Shown in pieces: positions 1 through 11,400 of a stretch of DNA of 64,000 bases. The DNA comes from Deltaproteobacteria bacterium (GTDB taxonomy: Bacteria > Myxococcota > Kuafuiibacteriia > Kuafuiibacteriales > Kuafuiibacteriaceae), in assembly GCA_040218735.1 (NCBI GenBank), contig JAVJQW010000055.1, forward strand, positions 64,001-128,000, given 5' to 3'. Position numbers and translations under genes: made by a program. Under the pieces are notes generated by a model, which searched no databases, was not told the DNA's origin, and worked only from the letters and a program-made list of their open reading frames with translations. Position 1 is the first letter of the stretch. The number at the start of each line of letters is the position of its first letter.

Positions 1-260
1 CGGTCGCCGAGACCCTTGAGCACGAGCCAGCTACCCACCACGAAGAGCCCGATCCAGAGGCCCTGTGCCTGGATGGCGAACAGCGCAACGGTGAATCCGG
101 CGGCGCCGACCCCCACCGTCATGCGCTGCCAGGATCGTGTGCGCAGCCCCGCGATGCGGATCGCGCGCTCCTTCTGTGCGTCGCCGTTTCTCAGGTCGAA
201 GCCGCATGCGCAGAAGCGCACGTGTGGCTCGCTGATGAGATCGCAGCGAGCGCACCTCAT
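1..260 (-). CDS. Zinc-ribbon + transmembrane hypothetical protein (runs off left edge; not in ORF track)
   Basis: ATG at 260 overlaps the TGA of the upstream phosphatase (ATGA). Manual translation MRCARCDLISEPHVRFCACGFDLRNG...VGVGAAGFTVALFAIQAQGLWIGLFVVGSWLVLKG shows CxxC...CxCG followed by hydrophobic helices. Confidence 0.7.
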   Translation of the reverse strand, partial: MRCARCDLISEPHVRFCACGFDLRNGDAQKERAIRIAGLRTRSWQRMTVGVGAAGFTVALFAIQAQGLWIGLFVVGSWLVLKGLGD

Positions 261-2374
261 CGGCGGCGCCTCAAAGCTATGAGGACGACGATGAGCCACC
301 CAGGCGAGCCGCTCCGCTCCGTCGCCGTGCACCCGCACCCGTCTTCCGCGTCGCGGTGGCCCGTCACCTCCACGTCGAAGTACAGGCTCGGCCCGAGCGC
401 GGCGTTTTTCTTCACCATCACCGCCATCGTGTTCTGACCGACCACCAGGAGGTCCTCGGGCACCGCGATCTCGACGCGACGGATCTCCGCCGCGAGCGCC
501 TCCGGGTCCGCCAAGGCTTCGAACGAATCGTCGTCGATCGATCGCGCGTAGACCTCGCGACCGTTGATCCAGATCTTCGCGCCGACCTCGTGCACGAGCT
601 CGAGGGTCAACCGATCGAACGGCGCCTCCACGTTGAAGTCCTTGCGGAAGTACACCGTCGGCGCGAGCAGCGCATCGAGCAGGTACGTGCGGCACGCGCA
701 CTCCCACGGCAGACACGCGCAGATCGAAAACGGCCCCTGACCGCGCTCCCAATCGCCGTCGCGGTACCCCGGCGAGGTCCAGTCCTCACCGTCCAGGGAC
801 TCCACGTGGTAACGCCACGACACGCCGGACCGAATCAAGCGCACCGGCGCCTCGGCGAGCACTTCGAGCGTTTCGCTCTCGTCCGCCGCGGCCCCCGACA
901 CCACCCGCACGCGCACGGTTTCCGCCTCCGGCACCGTCCATTCGTAGCGCCCCGAAGCCGCGGGCACGGTGGTCACCCGCTCCCAGTCGTCCTCCGCGCG
1001 ATACTCGATCGTCACTTCGTCGATCCCCGCCGAAACCCAAGTCACCGCGACCGTGCTCCCCTCGACCAAGTCATCCGCCGCGGTGGGGCCCGTCAGCGCG
1101 AGAGTCTCCCCGCGGGTGATCGAGAACGCGTCACTCACCACGCCGTCCATTCGCACGTTCTTCACGCGCATGAGATCGCCGTCGACCGAGACGATCACGG
1201 ACCCGTTCACCAGCTCCGTCATGTGCATCAACACGTGCTCTTCGTCGCCGTCGCGTCCCACGTTCGTCCCGCCGTGACCGGCGACGATGCAGACGTTGCC
1301 GTCGTCGGGGTTCGTCTTCACGTACGGCCGGTTCTCCTCGCCGTCCCCCGAGTCGACGATGTGCCCCTCCGCGGTGGTGGGTGTGTCGTACGCGCCCTTG
1401 ATGAGGTACGAGCGCTCGTAGATGTGCGAGTGACCGCCGAGCACGAGGTCGACCCCCGCCGCCTCCAACATCGGCATCACGCGCTCGCGCATCTCGATGT
1501 GTCCGATCTCGGTGTCGGAGTCGTGGCTGCCCTTCGTGTACGGCGGGTGGTGGAAGTAGACGACGAGCCAGTCCGCGTCCGTCGACGCGAGGTCCATCTG
1601 TAGCCACGCGAGCATCGCGCCCTCCGTCGCACGCAGCTCCGCGCGGTACGACTCGAGCGCGATGAAGTGCACGTTCGCCCAGTCCCACGAGTAGTAGGCC
1701 TCCGTCCCCGACGCGACGCCGCCGACCTGCGCCTGCGTCGGCAGCACGTACGCGTCGTAATACGGGCCCGTCGCCGTGAGTGAATCCGAAGCGCCCCCTT
1801 CGTGGTTGCCGATCGCCGGGTACGTCGGCGTGTTGCGCAGGATGTTCTGGTACATCGCGAAGAAGCGGTCCTGGAACTCCTGGTCCGTGCCGTCCGAGTA
1901 CGCCATGTCGCCCACGTGCAGATACACGTCCGGCGGCGACTGCCCGCTCTCGCGGAGCATCGCGTCGCGCACCCGCGCCTGCTTCGCCGTCGCGACCCCC
2001 GAGTCACCGACGACCCAGAACGTGAACGGCTTCGCCGCCCCGACTTCGGGCGCCGTGACGAAGAAGTGGTCCTCGTCGCCACCCGCCAGCGACGCGTCCG
2101 CCGGGCCGACCGCGTAGTAGTACTTCGTGTCGGGCTGTAGGCCCGTGATCTCGACCTCGTGCTGCGTCGCCGTCGAGCTGTCGGTCAGCGTCGCGTCGAG
2201 CGCGTCGGGTGAGGAGCCGTAACGGAGCGTCGTCGTCGACGCGCCGTCCGTCCGCCAGACCACCGTCGCCGACGAGGGCGTGGTCAATTGAATATAAGGG
2301 CCGCGGAGGGGGCGCGCCGCGGTCGTCGCCGTGACCAGGCACCCGAGCATCAGCGCTCTCGAGAACCACCTCAT
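257..2374 (-). CDS. Secreted purple-acid-phosphatase-type metallophosphoesterase with FN3-like N-domain and MYXO-CTERM-like tail
   Basis: Motifs GDSG, GDMAY, GNHE, HHPPY and GHSH; signal peptide; C-terminus GCGC...WLIVVLIALRRRR. Confidence 0.9.
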   Translation of the reverse strand: MRWFSRALMLGCLVTATTAARPLRGPYIQLTTPSSATVVWRTDGASTTTLRYGSSPDALDATLTDSSTATQHEVEITGLQPDTKYYYAVGPADASLAGGDEDHFFVTAPEVGAAKPFTFWVVGDSGVATAKQARVRDAMLRESGQSPPDVYLHVGDMAYSDGTDQEFQDRFFAMYQNILRNTPTYPAIGNHEGGASDSLTATGPYYDAYVLPTQAQVGGVASGTEAYYSWDWANVHFIALESYRAELRATEGAMLAWLQMDLASTDADWLVVYFHHPPYTKGSHDSDTEIGHIEMRERVMPMLEAAGVDLVLGGHSHIYERSYLIKGAYDTPTTAEGHIVDSGDGEENRPYVKTNPDDGNVCIVAGHGGTNVGRDGDEEHVLMHMTELVNGSVIVSVDGDLMRVKNVRMDGVVSDAFSITRGETLALTGPTAADDLVEGSTVAVTWVSAGIDEVTIEYRAEDDWERVTTVPAASGRYEWTVPEAETVRVRVVSGAAADESETLEVLAEAPVRLIRSGVSWRYHVESLDGEDWTSPGYRDGDWERGQGPFSICACLPWECACRTYLLDALLAPTVYFRKDFNVEAPFDRLTLELVHEVGAKIWINGREVYARSIDDDSFEALADPEALAAEIRRVEIAVPEDLLVVGQNTMAVMVKKNAALGPSLYFDVEVTGHRDAEDGCGCTATERSGSPGWLIVVLIALRRRR

Positions 2375-3237
2375 CGCGCACCCCCTTCGATGCGCTCCAG
2401 GAGCGTTTGCGCCCGGGTGAACGATGGCGCCCGCCGGAGCGCCCGCTGCAGATCCGCGACCGCGTCCTTACGACGCCCCACCGCGACGTACGCGGCGGCG
2501 CGCTCCGTCAGCGCGAGCGGCGTCGGTCGTCGCGCCACCAACCGCTCGGCGTCCGCGACCGCCGCGCGACGATCCGCCGCCGCGGCCGACGCGTCCGACT
2601 GGACCTCCGCCCGCAACAACAGCCACCGCGTCTTCACCCGCGCCGAACGCAGCCGCGCGTCGATGAGCGCTTTCGCCCGGGACGGATCGGGCTCCACCCG
2701 CGCGAGCTCCGCGACGAGGAGGTCGGAGCCCGTCGCCTCGACCCCACGCGCCAACCACGCCACCGCCTCGACGCGCCGCCCCGCGTTCACCAGGAGCCGG
2801 CCGCCCTCGTAGAACGCATCGACGCCGGGGGCCGCGTCGACCGCACCCGCGTAGTCCGCCATCGCCGCGACCGCGTCCCCGAGCGCCACGCGCGAGCGCG
2901 CCCGGAGGAGCCGCGCGCCGTACACGTCTCGTCCGTCGCGCTCCAGATACTTCGTGAACGCCGCGACCGCCGCCGAGTGTTGCCCGCGGTCTTGCTCGAG
3001 GCGCCCGCGCTCCAGCCACACCCGCGTCTCATCCGGGTGCAGCGCCTGCACTAGCTCCAGCGCGACGAGCGCGTCGTCGACGCGCGACAGGTTTCGGTAG
3101 GACTCCGCCCGCTCGAAGAGTGTGCTGGCGTTCGTGGCATCGGAGAGTCGCGACAGCGTCAGCGGCGCCCCCTCGTGTGCGTCGGCCTCGCTCACCACGA
3201 GCAGGGCGCAGACGAACCACCCGATTCGGATTCGCAT
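2371..3237 (-). CDS. Exported tetratricopeptide-repeat protein
   Basis: Signal peptide ending ADA-HEG; Ala-rich TPR-like helices (ALTERAAAYVAVGRRKDAVADLQRAL); 4-bp overlap with the phosphatase gene. Confidence 0.8.
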   Translation of the reverse strand: MRIRIGWFVCALLVVSEADAHEGAPLTLSRLSDATNASTLFERAESYRNLSRVDDALVALELVQALHPDETRVWLERGRLEQDRGQHSAAVAAFTKYLERDGRDVYGARLLRARSRVALGDAVAAMADYAGAVDAAPGVDAFYEGGRLLVNAGRRVEAVAWLARGVEATGSDLLVAELARVEPDPSRAKALIDARLRSARVKTRWLLLRAEVQSDASAAAADRRAAVADAERLVARRPTPLALTERAAAYVAVGRRKDAVADLQRALRRAPSFTRAQTLLERIEGGAR

Positions 3238-3280
3238 CCGCCCGTCCTCGCCCGGCTGACGCTTGCTGACAATACGTCGG

Positions 3281-4318
3281 CTACCGGCGCGAGGGGGGCA
3301 GGCGCCGGGTGCGGAGGAGCGCCTCGGCCACGTCCTGGCCGACGTCCCGCGCGTCGGACTTCGAGGGCTCCGCGGTGTGCTTCAGATCGTCGCGCAGCGC
3401 CACCAGCGCTGCTCGCGCATCGACGTAGTCCCAGACCGCGTCCAGCAGCGGCTCCATGTCCACGTCGCTCAGCGAAGCAGGCAGCTCGTCGGGCCGATAC
3501 TCGAACGAACGGCGCCGGCCGGAGGCGAGCTCGACGAGCGCGTCGACGCCGCGTTCGTCGCGCGGACCGAAGTAGGCATCGAACGACGTCTTCGACTCGA
3601 TACGGTCGAGCGCGCGCTTCGCTTCCTCGCGCCGCGGTGGGTGGGCCCCGTACGGTCGGAGGGGATGAAAGTGCGTCGTCGCCACGATGTGGAACGCCCC
3701 GCCGCTCTGCAGCGTCGCGTGCCGGATGCGACTCGGGACACGACCGAGCGTGGCGTGCGGCGTCGCCAGGAACTGCTCGACGTCCCGCTGGATCCCGTCG
3801 ACGGGGTCTAGGTGCCAGCCGCGACCGATGGTGATGGTGTTGATCGTCTGGAGCGCGTGCACGACGACGCGCTCGCGCTCGGCGCGATAGACGACCTCTT
3901 CGATCGTTCGCCGACTCCCGCCGCTCAACCCCAAACCGCCGGCGACCAACAGCAGCCGACGCTCGGCGCCGGGCGCCCACTTCACCGCATCCAGGGTCGA
4001 GTCGATCAGGTCCGCGGTCAGCGCCGCACGCGTGAGCTCGCCTCGACGGCGGAGCGCATCGGCGCGCGCCACGGCCGCGAGGAGCGCGTCCTTTAGCGAG
4101 CCACCATCGAACGCGAGATCCTCGACGATCTCCCCGGGGCCTCCGTGGACGACCGCGATTCGAACGCCGCGGTCTGCGAGCCGTTCTTCGGCGCGCACCA
4201 GCTCGTGAATCGTACGGTCCGCCAGCCGCTCGGCGCCGAGGACGACGACGACGTCCGTTCCGGCCCAGGCCGTCGCGGACACGAGCAGGGTGATAGCGAC
4301 GATCAGCGGACGAAGCAC
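3281..4318 (-). CDS. Exported hypothetical protein, degenerate vWA-like
   Basis: Signal peptide (LIVAITLLVSATAWA); beta/alpha pattern DVVVVLG...LDAVKWAPGAERRLLLVAGG resembles myxobacterial vWA proteins, with no MIDAS motif. Start uncertain (ORF extends to 4354). Confidence 0.5.
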   Translation of the reverse strand: MLRPLIVAITLLVSATAWAGTDVVVVLGAERLADRTIHELVRAEERLADRGVRIAVVHGGPGEIVEDLAFDGGSLKDALLAAVARADALRRRGELTRAALTADLIDSTLDAVKWAPGAERRLLLVAGGLGLSGGSRRTIEEVVYRAERERVVVHALQTINTITIGRGWHLDPVDGIQRDVEQFLATPHATLGRVPSRIRHATLQSGGAFHIVATTHFHPLRPYGAHPPRREEAKRALDRIESKTSFDAYFGPRDERGVDALVELASGRRRSFEYRPDELPASLSDVDMEPLLDAVWDYVDARAALVALRDDLKHTAEPSKSDARDVGQDVAEALLRTRRLPPSRR

Positions 4319-4347
4319 TCGCTCACCATGCACGGTCGGGCTCGCGA

Positions 4348-5484
4348 TCACCACCCGAGCTGCCGGGCCGCGAGCTCCTTCATGATCTCCTCGGCGCCCC
4401 CGCCGATCGCCATGACCTTCGTCTCCCGGTAGATGCGCTCCGACTTACATCCCCGCAGGTAACCGGCGCCGCCGAGGATTTGCACGGCCTCCTTCGCGCA
4501 CAGCTCCATCGTCTGCGTCGCTTGGTTCTTCAGCAGGCAGATCGGCCCGACCGGCGACTCCCCCTGCTGCATCGCGTACGCGATCTGCTCGAGGAACGCC
4601 TTCGTCGCGTGAAGCGCCTGCGCCATGTCGACGAGTTTGTGCCGGATGACCTGGTGCCCGATCAGCGGCTTGCCGAACGTCTCGCGGTCCTTCGCCCACG
4701 CGAGCGCCTCCTCGAAACACACCTGCGCAAATCCGTACGCCCCCGCCGCGAGGGACAGGCGCTCGTTGTTGAAGTTGAGCATGATGCCCATGAAGCCGGC
4801 GTTTTCGTCGCCGACCAGGTTCGCCGCCGGGACGCGGCAGTCGTCGAAGTAGAGCGTCGCGGTGTCGGACGCCCACCACCCCATCTTCTCGAGGGGCGTG
4901 CGCGTGAAGCCGGGGGTGTCCGCGTCGACGACGAAGATCGAGATGCCGCCCATCCCCTCGTCGCCGGTGCGCGCGGCGACCGTTACGAAGTCCGCGCGCA
5001 TCCCGGAGGTGATGAAGGTCTTCGACCCGTTCAGGACGTAGTGGTCGCCGTCCTTCTTGGCGGTCGTCTTCATCCGCGCGACGTCCGAGCCCCCGGACGG
5101 CTCGGTGATCGCGAGCGCTGCGATCTTCTCCCCGGCGAGCACGGGCGGCACGACCCGCGCCTTCAATTCGTCCGATCCGAGCGCGACGATCGGGGGCAGG
5201 GCGATCGTGTGGCTCATCAGCCCCGCGCTGACGCCGCCCGAGCCGCCCCGGGCGAGCTCCTCTCCGCCGATCAGGACGCCGAAGGGGTCCCCCTCTACGC
5301 CGCCGAGCGCCTCCGGGAAGCCCATACCGAGGAGCCCGATCTCGGCCGCGTCGACGTAGAGCTGGCGAGGGAACTCGGCCGCTTCGTCCCAAGCGTCCGC
5401 GAACGGGGCGATCTTTTCGCTCACGAAGCGCCTCAGGGTGCGCCGAAAGGCCTCGTGCTCGTCCGTATAGTAGGGGCTGACCAC
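4348..5484 (-). CDS. Acyl-CoA dehydrogenase
   Basis: ALAITEPSGGSDV, LNGSKTFITSG, RETFGKPLIGHQ, QILGGAGY, IGGGAEEIM. Confidence 0.95.
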   Translation of the reverse strand: MVSPYYTDEHEAFRRTLRRFVSEKIAPFADAWDEAAEFPRQLYVDAAEIGLLGMGFPEALGGVEGDPFGVLIGGEELARGGSGGVSAGLMSHTIALPPIVALGSDELKARVVPPVLAGEKIAALAITEPSGGSDVARMKTTAKKDGDHYVLNGSKTFITSGMRADFVTVAARTGDEGMGGISIFVVDADTPGFTRTPLEKMGWWASDTATLYFDDCRVPAANLVGDENAGFMGIMLNFNNERLSLAAGAYGFAQVCFEEALAWAKDRETFGKPLIGHQVIRHKLVDMAQALHATKAFLEQIAYAMQQGESPVGPICLLKNQATQTMELCAKEAVQILGGAGYLRGCKSERIYRETKVMAIGGGAEEIMKELAARQLGW

Positions 5485-5585
5485 GGCAGATGGTCCTAAC
5501 AGGCCCGACCACGCGTGGCGAGCCGCCGCCCCGAGGGTGCGCTTTTCTCGCAGTCTGGCGGCGGTTCTGGCCTGATAGGGGCGGC

Positions 5586-6929
5586 GTGTACATCGTCGTG
5601 ATCGGTCTGGGCGAGGTGGGTCGCCACCTCATTCGTGTGCTCGAGCTCGAAGGGCACGACGTCGTCGCGGTGGACCAGAGCCCCGACGCCGTCCGCTACG
5701 TCGAGGAGCACCACGACGTCATGACCCTCGTGGGTTACGGGGCGAGCGAGGAGATCCTCGAGAGCGCCGCCGTCGCGCGCGCGGATCTCGTGGTGGCGGT
5801 GACCGACCACGACGAGGTGAACCTCATCGCCGCGCTCGCCTCCCGGCAGCGGGGCGCAAAACGGGTCATCGCGCGTACCGAGGGCAACGAGTGGGCGCGC
5901 TCGCGCCAAGGTGTTCGTTACAACCTCCTGGGGGTCGACGTCGCGATCAACCCGAGTGTCCTCATCGCGACGGAGCTCGTGAAGATCGCGCGCTCCCACG
6001 GCGCGGTGGAGGTCATCGATCTCGCGCAGGATCGACTGGAGCTGGTGCAGGTCGAGATCACGGAGAAGACCCGCTTCATCCACCGCCCGATCTCCTCGAT
6101 CCCGATGCCGCGCGACACACTCATCGCGGCCATCGTTCGCAAGAACGAGCTGTTCGTCCCTGGCGGCGCCGACGTCGTCATCCCCGATGATCGCATCTAT
6201 CTGTTCGGGCGCCCGTCCGACGTCCCCGACGCCGAGGACCTCTTCACGACGAGCCGCGAAGCACGCCGCGCCTGCATCGCGGGCGGCGGCCTCACCGGAG
6301 AGATGGTCGCGCGCCAGCTCGCGGAGGAGGGCACCGAGGTGCTGCTCATCGAGTCGCAGCGCGACCGCGCGGAGGAGCTGTCCGCCGCGCTCCCCGACGT
6401 CGCGGTCCTGCACGGCGACGGCACCGACACCCGCTTGCTCGAAGAGGAGGAGGTCGGCACCTACGACCTGTTCGCCGCCGTCACCGCGGACGACGAGCTC
6501 AACCTGATGGCCGCGCTCCTCGCGCAGCGCCTCGGGACGCAGCGCACCGCCGCCATCGTGCAGCGCCCCGACTACCAGCCGATCTACCGGCAGCTCGGCA
6601 TCGACATCGTGGTGTCGCCGCGCACCGTCGCGTCGGACCACATCCTGCGCTTCTGCCGGCGAACGGAGCTCAAGAGCCTCACCGTCCTCCAGAACGGACA
6701 GGCGGAGGTCCTCGAGCTGGACGCGCAGCACGGTAGCCGCGTCGTGAACACACCGCTGCGTCAACTCAGCTTGCCGCGCGGTGCGATCATCGGCGCCATC
6801 CTGCACGAGGACCAGGTGATCGTGCCGCGGGGTGACGACCGCGTGATGGAGGGGGACACCGTCGTGGTGCTCACGACGATGGCCGCGCGCGCCACCGTCG
6901 AGCGGCTCTTCCGACCGGGGCTTCTGTGA
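5586..6929 (+). CDS. trkA: Trk potassium uptake NAD-binding subunit TrkA
   Basis: Two RCK_N/RCK_C repeats (VIGLGEVG; IAGGGLTG; HGDGTD); adjacent to trkH; GTG start at 5586 chosen. Confidence 0.93.
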   Translation: MYIVVIGLGEVGRHLIRVLELEGHDVVAVDQSPDAVRYVEEHHDVMTLVGYGASEEILESAAVARADLVVAVTDHDEVNLIAALASRQRGAKRVIARTEGNEWARSRQGVRYNLLGVDVAINPSVLIATELVKIARSHGAVEVIDLAQDRLELVQVEITEKTRFIHRPISSIPMPRDTLIAAIVRKNELFVPGGADVVIPDDRIYLFGRPSDVPDAEDLFTTSREARRACIAGGGLTGEMVARQLAEEGTEVLLIESQRDRAEELSAALPDVAVLHGDGTDTRLLEEEEVGTYDLFAAVTADDELNLMAALLAQRLGTQRTAAIVQRPDYQPIYRQLGIDIVVSPRTVASDHILRFCRRTELKSLTVLQNGQAEVLELDAQHGSRVVNTPLRQLSLPRGAIIGAILHEDQVIVPRGDDRVMEGDTVVVLTTMAARATVERLFRPGLL

Positions 6930-8422
6930 GACGCAACCTTCGCGACTATCGCGGCGTCTTCAAACCCGTCGGCGCCGTGGTCATGGGGCTCGGCGTGTGC
7001 ATCGCGCTGTGCGCGCTCGTCGGCTTTGGTTTCAACCTGGTCGACCCGCAGCCTTTCAAGGGACCGCCCGGCGGCGAGCTCGCGTTGGTGCTCGCCGCGG
7101 TCTCGACGATCGTCACCGGCGCGTCGTTCTTCGTCTACGGCCGCCGCTTCGAGAGCCCGACGCTCACCCGCCGCGAGGCGATCCTCTCCGTCGCGATGAT
7201 CTGGTTCGCGGCCGGAATCTTCGGCGCGATCCCGTTCATGTTCGGCGCGCGGATGTCGTTCGCCGACGCGTTCTTCGAGTCGGTCAGCGGCCTCACCACC
7301 ACGGGCGCCACCGTCATCACGCAGATCGAGTCCGGCCTCTCACGACCGCTGCTGTTGTGGCGCTCGCTCATCCAGTGGTTGGGCGGGATGGGCATCGTCG
7401 TCCTGTTCGTCGCGGTGTTCCCGAACATCGGCGCCGGCGGCAAACACATGTTCGGCGAGGAGGTCCCCGGCACCACCGCCGAAGGCCTCAAGCCGCGCAT
7501 CGCCGAGACGTCGCGGACGTTGTGGAAGCTCTACGCGCTCTTCACCGCGCTCGAGGTGCTCGCGCTGTGGCTCCTCGACATGTCCGTGTTCGAGGCGCTC
7601 TGTCACGCGCTCACCACGATGTCGACGGGCGGCTTCTCCACGCGCGACGCCTCCGCGGCGGCGTTCGAGAGCGCGGCGATCGAGCTGACGCTCGCCGCGT
7701 TCATGCTGATCGGGAGCGTGAACTACGGCCTCTACTACGCGTTCCTCCGGAACCGCACCCTGCGCGCGTTCACGCGCTCGGTGGAGTTCAAGGCGTACTT
7801 GGTCATCGTGTTCCTCTCCACGTGTGTCCTCACCTTCGGGCTGTTCGAGGTGCACGACCGCAACCTCTTCGACGCCTTCCGCTACGCCATCTTCATGGTG
7901 GCGACGACCATCTCTTCGACCGGCTACGGCACCGACGACTACATGGCCTATCCGCAGCCGCTGTTGTTCGTCGTCATCATCATCATGTTCGTCGGCGGCT
8001 GCGCGGGATCGACGGCCGGCGGAATCAAGATCGAGCGTATCGTCCTCATGGGTAAGGCGATCTGGGGTGAAATTCGTCGCTCGTTTCGCCCGAACCTCGT
8101 CCACGTCCTCCGCATGGGCAGGAACGTCGTGCCGCGCGAAGCGATCACTGACGTGCTCGTGTTCTTCGTCGTCTACATGATCGCGCTCGCGCTCGGCATC
8201 GCGCTCACGACGACCATCGAAGACCGCCCGATCATGACGTCGTTCGGCGCGGTGCTCACCTGCCTGTCGAACATGGGCCCGGCGCCGTTCTACATGGGCG
8301 CCGACAACTTCGCCTCCTACTCGTCGGTGATGAAGATCGTCTTCGCCGTCTTGATGCTCCTGGGGCGCCTCGAGTTCTTCGCGCTCCTGTCGCTGCTCGC
8401 CGCGGGGTTCTGGAAGCGATGA
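6926..8422 (+). CDS. trkH: Trk potassium uptake membrane protein TrkH
   Basis: FESVSGLTTTGAT, QWLGGMG, STGGFS, GGCAGSTAGGIK, LSNMGP, LGRLE. Confidence 0.95.
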   Translation: MRRNLRDYRGVFKPVGAVVMGLGVCIALCALVGFGFNLVDPQPFKGPPGGELALVLAAVSTIVTGASFFVYGRRFESPTLTRREAILSVAMIWFAAGIFGAIPFMFGARMSFADAFFESVSGLTTTGATVITQIESGLSRPLLLWRSLIQWLGGMGIVVLFVAVFPNIGAGGKHMFGEEVPGTTAEGLKPRIAETSRTLWKLYALFTALEVLALWLLDMSVFEALCHALTTMSTGGFSTRDASAAAFESAAIELTLAAFMLIGSVNYGLYYAFLRNRTLRAFTRSVEFKAYLVIVFLSTCVLTFGLFEVHDRNLFDAFRYAIFMVATTISSTGYGTDDYMAYPQPLLFVVIIIMFVGGCAGSTAGGIKIERIVLMGKAIWGEIRRSFRPNLVHVLRMGRNVVPREAITDVLVFFVVYMIALALGIALTTTIEDRPIMTSFGAVLTCLSNMGPAPFYMGADNFASYSSVMKIVFAVLMLLGRLEFFALLSLLAAGFWKR

Positions 8423-11400
8423 CCACCAGCGACGACATCCGGACGCAGCCGCCGCCCATCCCGGACACCACCGGCTCCATCTGGACCGCCGCGCTCGAGA
8501 TGCAGCAGGCGTGGGGCCTCCCGGTCGACACCGAGAGCGAAGAGCTGAACCAGGCGGCGCTCGAGCTGCAAGCTGACTTGCAGGCGCTCGTCGAAGACAT
8601 CCGACAAGGGCCGCTCGGCCGGTGGCGCTCCGCCGCGAGTGACTTCCTGCTGGAGCTGCGGCGTGAGTTCCTGCGGCACCACCGCCGCCTGGTGGTGAAG
8701 GCGCGCAACGAGTTCGAGGACTGCACCGCCGCCGAGGCCGCGGAATGGCTGCGCTCGGAGCTCGCGGAGCTCGCGGACCGCTTCCACACGATCGCGCTGA
8801 GTCGTTCGTCGCGCCTCACCCACGGCGGGTGGTCGCCGCTCGAAGTCGTCGACGCCGTCGACGCGAGCGTCCGCGTGATGCGCTCGCAGATCGTCGCGCC
8901 GTACGAGGCGCAGTCCTACGAAGACCCGGCGCACCAATCGCTCTACCGCTGGTTCGCGCGGCGTGCGCTGCGGTTCGACCGCTGGTCGCGCCGAATGGTG
9001 GGCGAGGAGCCGCGCACCCGTGTCGTCCCGTTCCGGTCGCTGGTGAGCTACCACCTCGCGAAGGCCTCTGCGGCGCGCGTCGAGGGGCTCGCCGCCGTGT
9101 TCCTCCAGTCGGAGGCGCAGCTCGCGGTCCGCGCGCGATTGATCCTCGACGGCATCGTCCGCGGGTGGGACGTGCTCGTCGAGCAGGTCGACGCGAAGGA
9201 CTTCGAGGACATCCTCGGTCGCTTGCGCACGCAGGTGGAGGAGGAGTTCTCGCTCGCCGACGAGGCGCTCCAGGAGATCGTCGACGAAGGGAGCCGCCGG
9301 GCGACCCGGCTCTTCTCCGACAGCCTCCGGGACATCAAGGCGGACCTCGCGGTCATCGACACCCTCGACCTCCCGGTGCAGCGCCGCACCGAGCGTCGGC
9401 TGATCGAGAATCGCGATCTGGAGATCCAACAGATCGCGACGCGGCTGGAGCGGTCGAAGGACACGGCGGCCGGGCAGTACGTGATGCTCGCGCTGCACCT
9501 CGAGTTCGTCGCGTTCAAGGCGAAGGCGAAGCGGCGCCTCGACGAGCTGCTCCTCGCGCTATCTCACGACATCCGCGGGCGCTCCCACGTGCACGTCGAG
9601 CGTGTGCTGCAGGTGCTCGACGAAGCGCTCGAAGTGCTCGGCGCCCCGCCGAAGGAGGACGAGGACGGCGACCTGGAGGACTGCCTCGAGCCGGTCGAGC
9701 ACGTCCTCGCGGAGGCGCAGCGCTCGGCGATGCAGCTGATGGATCAGTTCGGCGCCGACCAGTCGGTGGCGCCGCTGTTGGAGGCGCTCAACAAGGAGGC
9801 GACGTCGCTGACCGATCGCTACCGGGTGCCTTCGTCGCGGTTGCCGCACGCGGAGTACAAGCTCCCGCCGCCCGCCGTGATGGTCGAGGTCGCGTTCTCG
9901 GATCTGGTCGCGGCGTACATCCAGACGGACGTCGCGCCGAAGGTGCTCGGGGTCGCGGCGCAGTGCGGTGAGAAGCTGCGCCCGCTGCTGATGGCGCTCG
10001 AAGAGATCGAGCGCGTCGTGAACTTCTCGACGGAGCAGTTCGACGAGGAGATCGCGTACAAGGACACGCAGACCCTCGACATCGGGCGCGGTCAGATGCG
10101 CGAGGTCGTCGTCGGTTCGCTGAAGCGGAGCCGCGACGCGCTCGTGGAGCTGTCGAAGCAGACCGAGCTGTGGCCGAACGAGATCGCCGCGGCAGTGCGT
10201 CAGGCGGTGATCGACGAGCTCGCGGTGCTGCGCGACCAGCTCGGCGAGGCGGAGATCGCGGCCGCGCGGTCCGAGCGCGGCGCGGCGGCGCGCGCGTTGG
10301 ACCTTCAGGTCACGCGGTTCACCAAGCTGATCGAGAAGGCGTCGGAGGAGGGCGGTCGGACGCTCCGCCGCGTGGTCGGCGAGGACCGGCTGGAGGGCAT
10401 CTACACGCGGCTGGGGCTGGAGCCACCCGAGGAGGGCGGCCCGGATCTCGCGCTGCTCGAGCGCCCCGACAAAAACGAAGGCGTCCCGATTTATTACCGC
10501 CGTCTGTTCTCGCCGCAGGCGCACTGGGCGGGGGACGTCGTCGCCGCCCACGGCACGGCGATCGAACGGGTGCGCGGCGCGCTGGCGGGCGGGAGCGGCT
10601 CGCTGCGGACCGCGGCGCTCGTGGGCATCGAAGGCGTGGGGCGCGGCGCATTCCTCGGCGCGGCGGCGCGAAGCGATCGGTGGAGCGCGGTGAAGCGTGT
10701 GGCGTTCTCACGTCCTACGGAGGTGGCCGAGGTCGAGGCGGCGTTCGATGAGACGCCGCGCGGTGGGTTGATCGTGGTGAGCGGCCTGTCGTGGTGTGCG
10801 TCGCCGAAGGCCGGCGGGTTCGAGCCGCTGCGTCGATTCGTCGACCTCGTGGTCGCGGACCGCGGGCGCTCGGCGTGGCTGTTGGAGATCGACTCGATGG
10901 TGTGGCGGTACGCGTGTCAGTGCGCGCCGCTCGGCGATGTCTTCTCGGAGGTGGTGCACATCGAGCCACTCGGCGAGCCCGAGCTGCGCGAAGGCATCCT
11001 CGCGCGCCACCACCTCAGCGGCCTCGACCTGGTGTTCCGCCCCGACGACAGCGACGCGGACCGCGACCGGTTCTTCCATTCGCTGCACCTTTCGTCGGGC
11101 GGCATCCTGCAAGTTGCGTTGACATCGTGGATTGCGGCGGTGGGTCGCTTCGACGAGAACAATCGCGTCGTGACGATTGCGGAGCCGCCGCCGTCGCCGA
11201 TGGACGCGCTGCGGGCGCTCCCGAACGAGATCACCCACATCGTGTACCTCGTGGCCCGCCAGGGGTGGATCGACGCGGACGGCTTGGCGGCGCTGTTCCG
11301 CATCCCGCGGACGGCGGCGGAGGGGCGGCTGTCACGGCTCGTCGCGCTCGGTCTGCTGGAGCGCCCCGCCGGGCGCACGTTCGTGATTCGTCGGCACCTG

